Origin: Blasia pusilla
Taxonomy: Eukaryota
Length of the DNA: 64,000 nucleotides
Assembly (NCBI GenBank): GCA_050084515.1
Contig: CM114271.1
Location: forward strand, 42,780,001 to 42,844,000
Reading direction: 5' to 3'
Below, piece by piece: positions 1 to 12,900 of the stretch. Below the pieces are notes generated by a model. The model did no database searches. It was not told the origin of the DNA and saw only the letters and a program-made list of their open reading frames with translations. A program made the position numbers and the translations under genes. How positions within the stretch are numbered: the first letter of the stretch is position 1; each line of letters starts with the position of its first letter.

Positions 1-3000
1 GACCTCTTCTAGTCTTGTTAGGATCATATCCACATCACGAATATGATCAGACACAAACTTTCTACACCCATCTTTCACAACCCTCTCAATCCTATCTTCT
101 ATTGCACATTCCTTTATATGAATATCATCTACAAAAGGAATGGTTTTCTCAGGAATGAACTCTCTCAAGATTTTATTCATTGCACTCTGCATGTGAGCAA
201 GAAATTGTTGCTCCTTGAGGTAATGTGCACATTCCTACAAGCCCAAGTGGAGTGTGCATAGTGATAATATCTCTACTCTCCATAGCTAATTGGAATTGAT
301 CATATCCCGAGTGCAAATCTCCTATCGAATAAATAGCACGGGCTGCAAAAGCTTATGCGACTTCATCCATTCTAGGCCCCGCTCCCATATTTCGAATGAA
401 CCGGAGAGCTCCTGATTTCTTTGGCACAGTGAACCATCGACTCAAATAAGGCCCCATAGATGGATCTTAGATACTCATCTGCATCTTCTCCTTCAATAAC
501 TCAATTAGCTTGGGAATCATAGCTCGTGGTACTGTTATGGGTTTCAAATCCCAAGGCACATGTGGAATTGTGAAAATTACCATCGGTGCCACCACACTCG
601 TGTCTACACAACCAATTTCTTGTGTAGCTAAAGAGATGGCCTTACCATGTCTGGTTAACATATCCCGAAAGCTTTTCCTTTCAATTTTTGTGAGAAACTC
701 ACCCCCTCCAATTTGCATACGATGTAGCGTCTCTTATGTGAACTTGTATCCTATCTTCGTGACATCCCGCAGACTTGGCTCCATTGATGCACGTTCTACT
801 TGTCTCCCACAACCCTCTGGTAGTTAAGTAGCCATTAGTTTCACCTTTCGGGCCACCGTCTTGTATTTTGTGTGCACTTGTGCCTCCATGGGATGTTCGT
901 CAGACTCAAACTCGTGCCCATCCGCTTGCTTCTCCGTAGATTCATATTCATTTTCTCCTTCCATGAACCTTAATATTTCTTCATGTAACTCACGCGAGTG
1001 AATTGTAATCACACTTGTATCTAGCGAATCGGTGCTCATTTGGGTAAACACCTCTTCAACACTATCTCCAAAGTCTTCTTCTTCATACATCCCACTAATA
1101 ACTCTTCATCTAATAGAACACACTCACATTTTAACAAACCCTTTTTTTTTCTTCATAAAATGCCTTTTTTTCATTTATTTCTTTCATCATTTGGAATCTA
1201 CTAGACCATGAAGAAAAACATTGAGAAAACCCACACCTAAACATATATGATCCTTCCCCCTCTGCTAGCGGAAGACTCTTTCTTTCATTTGCACCCCCAT
1301 ATTCCCGCTCTACATGAGTGCTAACTAGAAATCCGAAAACTCTTTCTCTACCTTCATAGGACCATCTCTCAACTTCTCTCTATTCCTTAATGACCTACTC
1401 GTACAGTAAAGAATTAAACTGATCTCGTTCCATCTTGACTTCTGATACGGACATAATGAGACTCATCATCCATGACTTTGGTCTCCGTTCTAGATGCTGT
1501 GATGTAAGGTTGCCCAAGAATCACAGGATACGCAACTCCATTCTGAACAAAGAAATTTTGCTCAATCAACACATATCCGATATGAATTTTGACAGTTGGA
1601 TAAGCACCGTACAGTTCACCTTTTTGGTTGTTAGCCGCACATAGTACCATTCATGCGCTGTATCAATTGGCCACATCCCTTTATCGTATACACTTCGCGA
1701 CATGATGTTGATCTCCAAACCATGATCAACGAGAGCCTGAACTTACTCTTGAAGAGAGCCGAGTCAAACTCTAGGCTTTGTCGTTGCCCACGCCTAATAT
1801 GACCGAGAATAGTGTCCACCATTGTGCCTTTCTTCACCTTGTTTCGTCAAGGCTTCTTCTACTCTCGCCTCTTCTCCTTGTAAGTCAAGCTTTTGTCCAA
1901 AAACTTGGCAAAGCTCTTCATCTTCTTCTTATGTGATGTCAGTATCCAATGCCCTCACCATCACCATATCTGAAGTCATTTTCCTTTTCCTTTTGATCAC
2001 ATGTATGATCAACTCATGAAAGTCACGTTTGGCTGCCCAAGATTTCTCTCAAAGAAAACTCTATTTTCGCATCCAAAATCCTCTCTTCAAGAATCTCCTT
2101 TAAATTCGTGGTTGTCTCTATATCAGACTGCATCTTGTATGTATGAGTCCTACCCTTGTTTTTTTTAGAAGACCTCAATTCTTTCTCCTTCATTCCACCT
2201 TCTTTCATTTGAGAATCCATCATAGATTGAGATGTAGAAGGCCCTTCTTCTCTTGATGGTTGCACCTCTGGTTGCCCTTTTCTTCTTGCGGTCCTCGCTC
2301 TTCTTGCAGCTTCCTCAAGATCAACACCATCATTGTCACATCTCCTCTTCTCCTCCACACTAGCATCTAGCCAACTCATATGTTTCTCTTGTCCTAGGTA
2401 TGCTTTAACACACCCAGCTTCCATTCGATCATCCCATCCAATCAGATGACGGATAGTCTCTGCCTCTCGTATCATCACTTCTCGAGGAAATTCTAATGAA
2501 TCACTTTTAGCTACAGATACAATAGGCGCTTCTATTTTTATTGCAAAGGTATCAGAATCTAATGTCGTAGTGGCAACTTCTATTTGACTTCTCATTAAGC
2601 CTTTCATTCCTCCTCTACCAAAGTTGATATTCAACGACATACCATTCTACGTTGAATGAATCTTCCCATCTTTGAAGTTTACTATTCCATTCCTAAGAGC
2701 TTCTGAAAACTCCTCACATTCTCGACGTTGATGCTCAACACTATCACATTATATACATCTTCTGACAAAGTTTCTATTTTGCAAAGGAGCACTAACACTA
2801 GGATTCCTATCTAGTTTAAGCTCAGCCATTTCTACTCTCAATTCCTTCAAACCTTTTACCAACTCATCTATAACATAATCTTCAAGTTTTGTTGAAACGG
2901 GCTTAGGCAATGGATTTGAAATTGATACCTCCGACTTGAATAGTGCGGTTCTACCTCTACTTTGATTTTGTTTTGTGAGGATAGCAACAACTTGTTCCAC

Positions 3001-3740
3001 TTTCTTCCAATTAGTGTTGACACCTCCTTCTTCGATCTTGTCCACCAACATTATGAAAAGCTTGTCCTCCAAATTCTCGTCAGCCGCCTCAAGGAATAAC
3101 TCAATTTTCCTCAAGTCTAGAGTTGCTCTTTTGGAAGAAGAAAGTTGAAAAAACCGCTTCTCAAACTCATGCAATAATTCATTTGGAGTTATTCCCTTCC
3201 TTGTACGTTGCACTATCCATTCTAGAAAACTTCTCTTAGTCACCCGATCCACATCATCATCGAAGAATTCAACAACTGCTCATACTCCTCCCACAAGGTT
3301 GGATTTTCTGCTCTCAACTTCTTTACTTGACTACATATCTCTGGTATTACAGCTAACTCAAAACTTGACACCATATCACCTTCGGATACACGGTTTACCT
3401 CCATCTCACAGACGTACTCTCAAACATACTTGGTGATGTTCCTCCCATCCAATCTCTCCAACTTCTTTATAATCGCTTGGAGAGCCCTTGTTGATCTTTG
3501 CTCTCCTATGTGAATTCCTCCTTGCTGGCTAAAAAATGTTGTCAAAGTTCGGAGAAGACCCTCAGCTCTCTCCCAGTACTCCATTGATGAAGTACTCCCA
3601 AAAATAGTCATCTTGATAAGACTCCAACTTGTAAACACAATCTACCGCCTCAAAGATCTCTCAATGGAAGCACCATTTATCGTGTCGAGAGTCTTTCTTT
3701 GAGTAAGTGCAGGCCTTCTAGCTGCGGCATACATGGTCGA
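1..3740 (-). mobile_element. Degenerate Ty3/Gypsy gag-pol (gag, protease, RT); continues beyond window start
   Basis: Minus-strand ORF pieces: gag-like (3420-3638, 2749-3252 ending RRCI before a Cys/His knuckle remnant); aspartic protease region (1414-1650, IEQNFFVQNGVAYPVILGQPY); RT start (467-718, HVPWDLKPITVPRA), then WFTVPKK, DLHSGYDQF and PFVDD at ~124-138. Many stops and frameshifts. Confidence 0.85.
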
Positions 3741-4022
3741 TGCAAGGTGAACTCTCTAAGAAGTTCTCCTTTTTCAATATAAAATTATTATGTATACTCT
3801 CCATTCTCTCACGACAAGCATCACAAATGGAAGTGTCGAGGTGATCACTTCTTCGTAACATCGGACCTCAAAATTCATAACTATAAAATCCCTATAAACT
3901 ACTTTACGCTTGTACACAAGGAAAATAACACAACTAGTGTTAAACCCTACTTGAGCAGACCTATTGACGTCCATGGATCGCTATATAAGGACATACAAAG
4001 TACAATCCCATGACCTTCCACA

Positions 4023-4914
4023 TGTGACGATAGGAAGAATCACCGGAGTTGGAGATTGCATGACCTGGTTCATGAACGCCTCCCCAAAGTGATAAACTAA
4101 ATAGCAAGTGAACTAGTGTCTATCTACAAAGAGTAACTTGACATGGTAAGGATTGAGGAAAGGAAATTTGGGCATAACTTGTATTTCACCCCTATCCATA
4201 CTTGACAAACATTCTCTACTCTCTTCAAGAATGGGCTTTGGCGGAATTATTCTACCAAGAGGGATAATCCATTCTCATTGGGAAAAAAACAAGCCAAAAC
4301 ATTCACTATTTTAGCATGACTAAACTCCTCTAAGGTGACAAGCCTCTCATCTCCATCCACACCACACTTTAGAAATCTCTCGAAGAATGGACCGTGGTCT
4401 AGTTACTCTTTCAAGAGGGGTGATCCATTCTCATTGGAAGAGCAAACAATCCCAAAGCAATACACTCAAGAGTGACACGAGAGACTCAAGATGTGAAATA
4501 GAAGGCAATGAACTCTTGAAGGTCCCTCTTCTTTATATACTCACAAGGAATCCATAAGAGTATGAAATAGAGCTAATCTTATCTTGTGCCACAAGGCTTA
4601 GCAAATCACATTTTGACATAAATAAATTTCCTCTTATCTCTTCCAAAATATCCTCTTTTATCTACTTGATATTTTCCAAATTACCCCAACTAACCTAGCC
4701 ACCAACCAAAACTACTTATGCTTTTCATTAAAGCACTAACCTCACTACTTTACTTTTATAAAGTCATCTTTCATTTATTACCTTTTTTCCTAAAGTTGGG
4801 CCCGCATAAAAGAGGCACCATAAAGAGATTTAAACATGGGAATTTCCTTTTCCTAGCTAATTTACTTAATACTTATAAAACTCTTTCTAACACTTAACGA
4901 GAAAGGAGTTTACA
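4023..4914 (-). repeat. Candidate 5' LTR of the preceding Gypsy element
   Basis: Non-coding block upstream of gag that starts TGTAAAC (minus strand, 4914) and could end ...TCACA at 4023. It has an internal diverged duplication (~4220-4300 vs ~4378-4455). The partner LTR is outside the window, so boundaries are unverified. Confidence 0.3.
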
Positions 4915-4937
4915 TACTGGCTGATTTTACTATACGA

Positions 4938-6124
4938 TAGCGTATGCCTTCATAGATCGAGTGCTGAGTCATAACGGCGCACCAACTGAGGTGTTGATAG
5001 ACCAGGGTACAGAGTTCCGTGGGGAGTTTCAAGCCTTGTGTGATCAGGCACCGATCGACCACCGCACTACTTCGCGACATCATCCTGAAGCGGATGGACT
5101 AGCGGAGCCGGTTGTGCAGACGGTGAAGAGAAGATTATGTAAGTATGGCTTGCAGAGAGGTCACCTAGGAGATTGGGACCTAGAGTTTCCGTGGTTGGCG
5201 ATGGGATACACATTCAGCAGGCAGACATCCTTAACGTCTTTCTCAACGTACTTGCTTTTGTATGGCCGAGAGCCAGATTTACCTGCGACCATTCGTCGAG
5301 ATGTTGGTGAGGTGTTGAACCTTGATGACCTTGATGTATAGATGCGAGCATGTTCTCAAAGGGCTGAGTTGTTTTGGAGAGTGATGCCCATGGCGTTTGA
5401 GAACTTGGCGATTGCGCAACATCGGGATACATTGAGGTATGCGACTATTTGAGGAGGTGGTTATCGACCTACTATCGTGAGGTTTGATCAAGGAGACTAT
5501 GTCTACTTGCAGCAGACGGCACCCCTGACCTTGGATGTGACTACAGGGCGCACCATCTTGAGAGTGCATGAGATTTTGCCATCCAGTGTTCTCTTATTGG
5601 AGGGACTTGATGGTATGGTTTGGATGGACCATGTGCGTAGCTGTGCGCCATGTCATCTTCCGAACATTAACGGTATAGTTGATCCGAGCTTAGCAGTAGT
5701 TTCTCTAGGCTTGAGATGTATGTTGTGTGGTTCCGCCTATGGTGTAGCCTCTATGCTAGTCTGTGATGGATGTTCGAGAGGATGGCATATGGCATGTGTG
5801 ATGCCACCTCTCACTAGGGTTCATGAGGGACGATGGATGTGTCCCAAATGTACATAGCGTAGGTAGTTCTACATTCCGACTTGTATCTCTGACATGAATG
5901 ACAAGAAGGCAACTAACGATGGGGCCACATTAGCACCCGGCCTTCTTGGTCTTAGCGTCTGAGAGATGTATGTCATGGTAGGTAGGGATAGATGGTTATC
6001 TGAAGTTAGAGGGACCTAACCACCAGCTAGGGGGGTGATTGGAGATATTTTGGTATTTCTTGTCTTGTTGTTTGGATGCCATGAGTTAGCATGGGATCGT
6101 GCGTGTTTGTGTATGTGCCCGACA
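4938..6124 (+). mobile_element. 5'-truncated copy of the DNMT-Gypsy family: integrase core, PHD finger, G-tract, repeat B
   Basis: Collinear with ~53475-54688. Shows integrase DQGTEF...ADGLAE and an intact PHD (CMLC...CDGC...WHMAC...WMCPKC, ~5717-5854). AGGGGGG at 6029-6035 is followed by repeat B (6038-6124, with a ~40-bp internal deletion) ending CGACA. Confidence 0.9.
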
Positions 6125-7982
6125 ACTCTAGCGTTAACACGAATATGGTTTGTTTTTCCCTTGTTTCTTGTGTTTCTTATGTTTTTTTATTTCTTTTGGA
6201 TTTTGTCTTACCTTAAGACCCCGGAATATATATATTTTACTTTTTCAAATATTTCCAATTTGTGAGAAACCCCCCAATTCATTTAATATTGATATAGCTT
6301 TGATTGGTTTTCTTACAAGGACAACGAACTCATACTAATGCTAAGACTTGTCTTTGTGGTTTTGAATACAAGTTTAAAACCCTTTGAACCTACGACATGA
6401 AAAACACCCCAGTTGACACCTTTTTGTTATACGACTGAAACGTATTGTTGACAAAGGACCGCGTAGGTCAATCAATCGAGAGTCTAAGGAATTGTGGCGT
6501 CAATCTCCGATTAAGGTTCACTTGTAACTTTACAAGTTAAATAAGATGATCTATACATGACCATAATGAAGCTTGGGTGAAAATAAGTAGAGAGCCCCTT
6601 TAGAATACTTGGAAGTCTTATAACTCCAAGTATTTTGAAGGAGCAAGATCCTTGGTTCCAAACTGTTTAGAGGCATGGCCAGGTTCAACTCCAACCAAAG
6701 ATTCACTTATGAAATATGGATTTTAGTATAGAATGTAGGTTAGGGAAGAGTTGTGGTGCATAGCTGCTTGCAAGCAAGAAGGGAGGAGTCTTTGGTGCAT
6801 GTGCGTGGTCGTAGCCATGCCTCCCTGGTTGGGTGGAGTTAACAAAGATGGCTGAGAACAAGCAAAGACAAGAAATGAACCTCAAACAGAGCGCACGGGA
6901 ATTTTTTCCCGGATGTTAAAAAATCAGCCGAAAATAGGCCAGAGCAATCCGAGGATCCCAGGAAAATTTCACCGAGAAATTTCGAAATCAGGATTTTAAC
7001 TAAGGGCAAACGAAAAACCTCCTTTTTTCTTACGTGTTTCAATTATTATGGGCCAAGATAGGTCACCTACTTAAAAAAAATACTATATTCAGCACCCTCA
7101 CAAGCATTCCCAATTTTGTTTTCTCTCCATCTAACCTATGCCTTGTTACCTCCACTTGTGTGTAACCAGTAATCTTCCACACCCCTTCTCAAAGGCTGCA
7201 AACTGGCTAAAAAGTGCCAGATATTATTGTATGTTGAAAAAAGGAAAATCCTGGGCTCGCTCCCCCGCTATAAAAGGCCAAACTTTCATTCTGGAAAAGC
7301 CCCAAAGTCCGAGGAAATCCTTTACGCAAAACTTTTGGAGGACGATTCTCGGGCTTCGGCGATTTGGGCGTCGTCCGTCTTGAAAATTAAAAGACAGAAA
7401 ACCCTAACGCCAATGGAGTCTCGCGGCGGAGGAGTCGTGGGGCCTGACGTAGAAGCGAGCAACCGTAAGGTTATGAGTGTAGATGGACACAAAAGCGAAG
7501 CGAATTCTTGGTCGTTCGTTGGATTTGTGTCGATGAAGCCCGTGTTTCTCTACGCACTAAAGAGAGAAACCCTAAGTTACCTAACACCAGATTTGGGGGC
7601 TGCGGTGCGAAGGACGATAATGGCATGAGTATAGAGTACTGTAGACGGAAAGCATGTTATTACTCCGAAAGCAAAGTACGCGGAGGCGAATTTGTGTCTA
7701 CGGCGTGTCAGTACGTTTATGAGCTTCGACTGTAACGCAGCAGACACTGCAGTCCCCCAGGAATCCAGAGGCCGCCTTTCACGAATCTCTCGGTGCTACG
7801 AGCGAGTCTCAATGCGAGCTCTGCGGCGCGCGCCAGGATCATGGAGCCCTGTGAAGCGGGAGCCACGGAGGGGAGGAACGCCGAGTTACAGATCCGGGAC
7901 ACTCGACGTTCCATCCGTCGAAAGAGACATGTGGGAGGGAGAGACGGAGGACGGCGATTTAGACGAACAAATCCGCGAACTT

Positions 7983-8064
7983 CGTTCCTCCCGTTCGTCG
8001 TTTGTCACGCACGACGAACGGGAGGAACGTTTGTCTCGCTCGTCGTGCGAGACAAACGACGAAC
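7983..8064. repeat. Overlapping inverted repeats (alternative hairpins)
   Basis: 7983-8001 pairs with 8011-8029 (19 bp, perfect). 8028-8039 pairs with 8047-8058 (12 bp, perfect). 7993-8017 pairs with 8040-8064 (24/25). Confidence 0.9.
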
Positions 8065-9990
8065 CGGAGAACCGAACCCTACAGCCGTCGCTCGGTCTCG
8101 TGGATCTCTCTCCCCCACACACCATCATCCCGCTGCCGCGCTGTGTGTAGCTACAAACGCGCGCGGACGCCCTCTCGATCGAGTGCTGCCGATGCGTCGA
8201 ACGTTTCCCGGCTTACAACTCGCGGCGAACGTGGTGGGAATGATGGGAGCGTTCTAATCGGGGCCGAAATCCTCCAATGCCATCTCTGCTTCAAGAGGGT
8301 CTCTGCACGAAAATCCCTCAGACGAGCAAGCGTCTCCAGCGCGACGTCTAAGGCCCAGTCGTCTTGCCTCCGGAGTCCAGATCCGCGGACAGATGGCGTG
8401 CGCCGAATTGCGAACCTAACACACTTTGATCATGCCTTCCCTACGTACATGTCGAAACCGATCGGTCTTTCGTGTGCGTGTGCAAAGTTGGCACTTGTTG
8501 CTCTGCTGAGTGCTGATGCGGACGGGAGCCCTAAAGTCAGAGCGAGAGAGAGAGGGGAGAGGACCTAAACTGTGTGTAGTCTCGTAGCGGTGACACACAT
8601 GAGTTTTAACAGTCCTGTTAAAGTACTTATTTTTTGGTACTGCCTATCGCGTGGCTTTTAAGAAGGTAACGCCGCTAAGGTGCTAACGGCTGGCCACAAG
8701 GGGCAGCTTACTAGCTTATCTTAAAGGCGGAGCCCCTCTCCCCCAGCGCATGTCGACCACGACCTCGACACGTGGATGTCGCCTTGTCCTGTTGAACTTC
8801 TCTGCCGGTTCCGCTCGCTTGGTCAGTCAGTCAGTACTCGGAGATCTTCAGTACAGCCGTGTTCGAGGGGAGAGCCAGCGCGTGTCCTCGCACTCCAAGA
8901 TCCAACGGTCCGATCGGTGTATATCCTCTTCCTGCTTGCAACTGCTGGACACGCGTCCAGCTATTGTCCGGTCCATTTGCTCGATTTCCCTGCATCGTCT
9001 TGTGATCTCCCGGATAGGTTCTTAGATCCATCGGATTACACTGGGAGCCGGTGGTCCGGGGTCGCCATCGCCATTTCCCCGCGCAAAATACTATATTTAC
9101 GACTTTTTGTTTCTTGCGTAATAGTTTTTCGTTTTGTTCCCTGTTCTTCTTTTTAATTTCTTTTCTCGATTTACTGTGGAGGGCGGTGGTAGCGGTCTTG
9201 CGTCAAAGGGCTGCTTCCGAGAGGACAAGAGGAGGCGGAGGCAAAGTAGCGCGAGATGAGAACTTACGAGCCGACGAGACGCGGACGCAGACTTCTCGAG
9301 ATGGAGACTCTGCGGAGTCGATAATGTGCTGCTGTTTGGAAGAATAAGCCGGATGTGGAGCATTCGGCGGAACCGCGAGGATTCCGTCGTCACGAGGGTG
9401 TCATTTAGTGAGGAGTGGTGCAGTATGGAGGAAATCAGAGAGAGTTTGGAGGCGGAGAGTTAGGAGGAAGTCAGAGGGGCGTGGAGAGGGGATCAAACTC
9501 TGTGCAAGTGAAAATGGAAAAGATTTTGGTGTGAGCTTGAGGATAAGTCTTATTGGATTGGCGACGGGAGGTGAGGTTGTCGGTGCCGGCGCTCGAATTG
9601 GAAGAAAAGGTCATGGAGGAATTCGCGGGTGGTAAGGTGGTTTCGGAGACTCGGGTGAGTGGAGCGGATGGTTTTGATCTATGGTACATTGAGGATTTTC
9701 ACGCATCGGAATTTCTAGCGAGAATTGAGATCTTTCTGAAGAAATTTCCTGGCTTAAACGGAAATGTGCTCACGAGCTCTGCGAGGCTTCGTGTTCGAGA
9801 TGGAGAATTTGGTCGTTCAGCATCCATTTCCTTAAGTTGCGTACGTTGTTACTAAGAATGCCAATTTGCGCATCAGTCTGGTTGTGATTTGGTGCGTGCC
9901 ACTTTCTCCATTGTTCATTTCTTCTGCTAACTTCGATGTGTACGCAGATTTCAATATCTCACTCTTCAGCTTGAGAAGGATGTGCTGCGT

Positions 9991-12900
9991 ATGGACGGCC
10001 AAGCGATAGCGGTTCCCACAGGGGGCTGCTGTTATCTTCCTCAGTTGTCTGGACGTCCTCCCGTTTGTTACAGTTCCAACCAAGGACCCGTATCGTCAAG
10101 GCTGCGTTCGTCGGAAAATCCTACGGGGACTGCGTACATAGGTTGTCGTTCCGAGCGGCGGGTCGGTGGAGGAGCGTGGGTCAGTGAAGGTAGGAAGAAA
10201 GTTATTAGGAACAGGACGCTCAGGCGGGTCCGCCTAGGGAGCGTGGTGTGTTCATATGGAAAGGCTCACGACGAAACCAGGCCGGAAGGAGGCTCTCTGA
10301 ATTCGGGAACATCGCATGCTACAAGAGGTAGGCCGGGAGGCTTAGAAAGTAAGGGTGATTCGTATTTTTTCCAACAGGATAGTAGAGAGAGATTAAGAGC
10401 TCACAGGGACGCGTACATTGGGGAAACGAGGTGGTATAGAAATGACGATAGAAGTGCAGCGAGATCTCTTCCTGATGATTCTAGCTGGCAGACCCATGAC
10501 AAGCACTACAGTACAGCAAGGACCCTTCCGGACGCTGGTTCCTGGCAAGGTGCTGATAGACATTCCGACAGCCGGAGGAGAACGCTACAAAGCGCAGCAG
10601 ACAGAGGTGGCGCGGTACTAGACGAGAGGTTGAGAACGTCTTCCAGGCGCGCTTCGACTGTGCAATGTATCGGAGAAGACGGAGAGGAAACTCTGGAAGG
10701 ATCAAAGGCAGGCGGAAGTACGAGGATATTAGACCAAAGTGGTGACGAGGAAAGAACAGACTTACGGAATCCGATAGCAAGGCAACCAATACTGAATATT
10801 CCGAGAAGCGAGCTGATGAAAATTGAGGAATTGAGGTTTTCCGGAGATTTGCGAGAGGGTGACTCCGGTCCACAAGTATTGAATTTGCAGGTTGTTGAAT
10901 CATGCCTGAAGTGTTTTTGTCTGCTTTCTTCCCGTCAGGGTTGATGAACTTGTCGTCGGTAAATAATAAGTAGTAGGTGTTTGGAAGTCTTCATTCTGGA
11001 AAGTACTTGTTCGGCAGTTTGTCCGTCCAAGCACAAACTCTGCACTGTCGTTGGAGTTCTGCTGCGCAGCATTTCCTGGGAACTCCCAATCCGGATTCTG
11101 CGTCGTCATTTACTCAAGCAATTCGGAGAAATTCCGTCCGACAGTAGTCATCGAAAGCTTTTCTGGATAGAAATCTGCGGAGAAAAGCTACTTGCTATGG
11201 TTACGCTTTCATTACGCACTTAAATAACCTGTAGTTTAGGAATTGGAAAGTTCGTTTTGCCTGGTTATAATTTTTCTGAAGTAAACTATCATCCCGTGCC
11301 ACTTCCCATTGTATAACGCTCAAATTTTCCACAATACGGTATTGTCACATGTTGACAGACCACATTATATTATGTTGTCTATTAACAATAGTATATGTGG
11401 CCTGTTCAGAGAGCGCTCTTCTGGCTTGGACATCTTCCCGGACTTTCATTGAGTGGGTAAGCATTCTCAATATCCATTTAGAGTAGACTTTTCATCCTGG
11501 GGTCTGGTCATAGCTCTCGATTGGATTCCTCTCTTGGTATTTTATCATCTCACAACTTCCTGTCCCTTTGAGTGAACTGAAAAGATACCATATGGTCCTT
11601 ACTTACTCTCGATTCTTTAACAGCTACTTTGGGCCAGAAACCTCAAGGGCTTTACAAGAGTTTCATGCCTCCCATGGAATACCCAATTCGAATGTGTGGG
11701 GATTCCAGTCTCAACAGGCACTGCAGAAGCATCTCCGTCCAGGATTCTACCGAAAAGAACCTATTGAGGTGAGTCACATTCCTCGGTTGTGAATCGGAAG
11801 TATTGAACGATGCCTTTTTCACAACCTCTACAAGCAGAGAACTAGTCTGATTTGTAGCCAAAGGTGAGTGCAAGGATGTACTTTGTTAACGAGCTGAACT
11901 GTATGTTTGGGCCTCTAATGGCAATACCAGATTACAAACACTGACTTGCGGATATCTCATAATATGTCCTTAATTCTATTTGCGTACATTGACTTACATT
12001 TTTGCCAAACTTTTGTGAACAAGCTGGGAGTGTTCTTGTCTTAGCTATCAGTGCCTATGGAGTCGTGTGTTGACCCCAGAAGTTAATATGGTTTTTGCAG
12101 GAAACCGGTGCACTGGGAACAAATTTGCAGAAGAAACCTCCACAGTCGTTTCTTGCAAAAAGTTTGCCTTTGGCAAAGGATATTTCCGGCAAAGTATTAC
12201 AAACTGGGGCTCATGCTGGACAAGTTGTACAGTTATGGTATTCTAAGACTCTTCCAGGTAAATAATCCCAACCATTTGTTGCATTTGCCTCACAGTAGGT
12301 TCAGAGAGTGCAGTGAATCAAGTATTAAAAGAGAGATCCAACCTCACATGTTTCATCTCCTTGCATGGGTGCAGAGTTTGTCACATTAGTGACATCGTCA
12401 TCACCCCATTTGACCTCTATCTCTGGAAAGGTTGGAGTTGTATTTCTAGGTTTTGTGGTTCTGTCCGGTATTGCCAAGCTATGGCAATCCCTTAGAAGGA
12501 GCGGGGAAGGACAGCCAGTTAGAAGGAGAGTTATGAGTTGGCGGAATGATGTTAGTGTACGTGAGTCTACAAGGAAAGCGTTGCAAACACGCGCTGGTGC
12601 ACAGGGGGAAGTTAAATCCTTTGAAGGCGAGGACTTCATGAGAAAACCACGAAACCGTGCCCGCTCCAAGAGTGTAGATCAGCTGGATGAAGATACAACT
12701 CTGCTTGATCGACTGGTTCTCTTTGAAGGGCAAGTGCTACTTGCAGACAATCCCAACAATGGAAAATCACCTTCAAGTAGTGCCCCAGGGCATGAAATTT
12801 TGAGCCAAAGTAATACTGCTTCTTGCACAGCTGTCCAAAACAAAACTTCATATTCTTCACGGTCCAAACAACCGCATGGGTTAGGACTTGAGATTGGGCA

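Noticed and set aside
7227-9855. Protein-coding genes from the many overlapping ORFs
   Set aside because: GC-rich, stop-poor sequence gives ORFs in all frames with no recognisable domain. More likely promoter, 5' UTR or repeat sequence.
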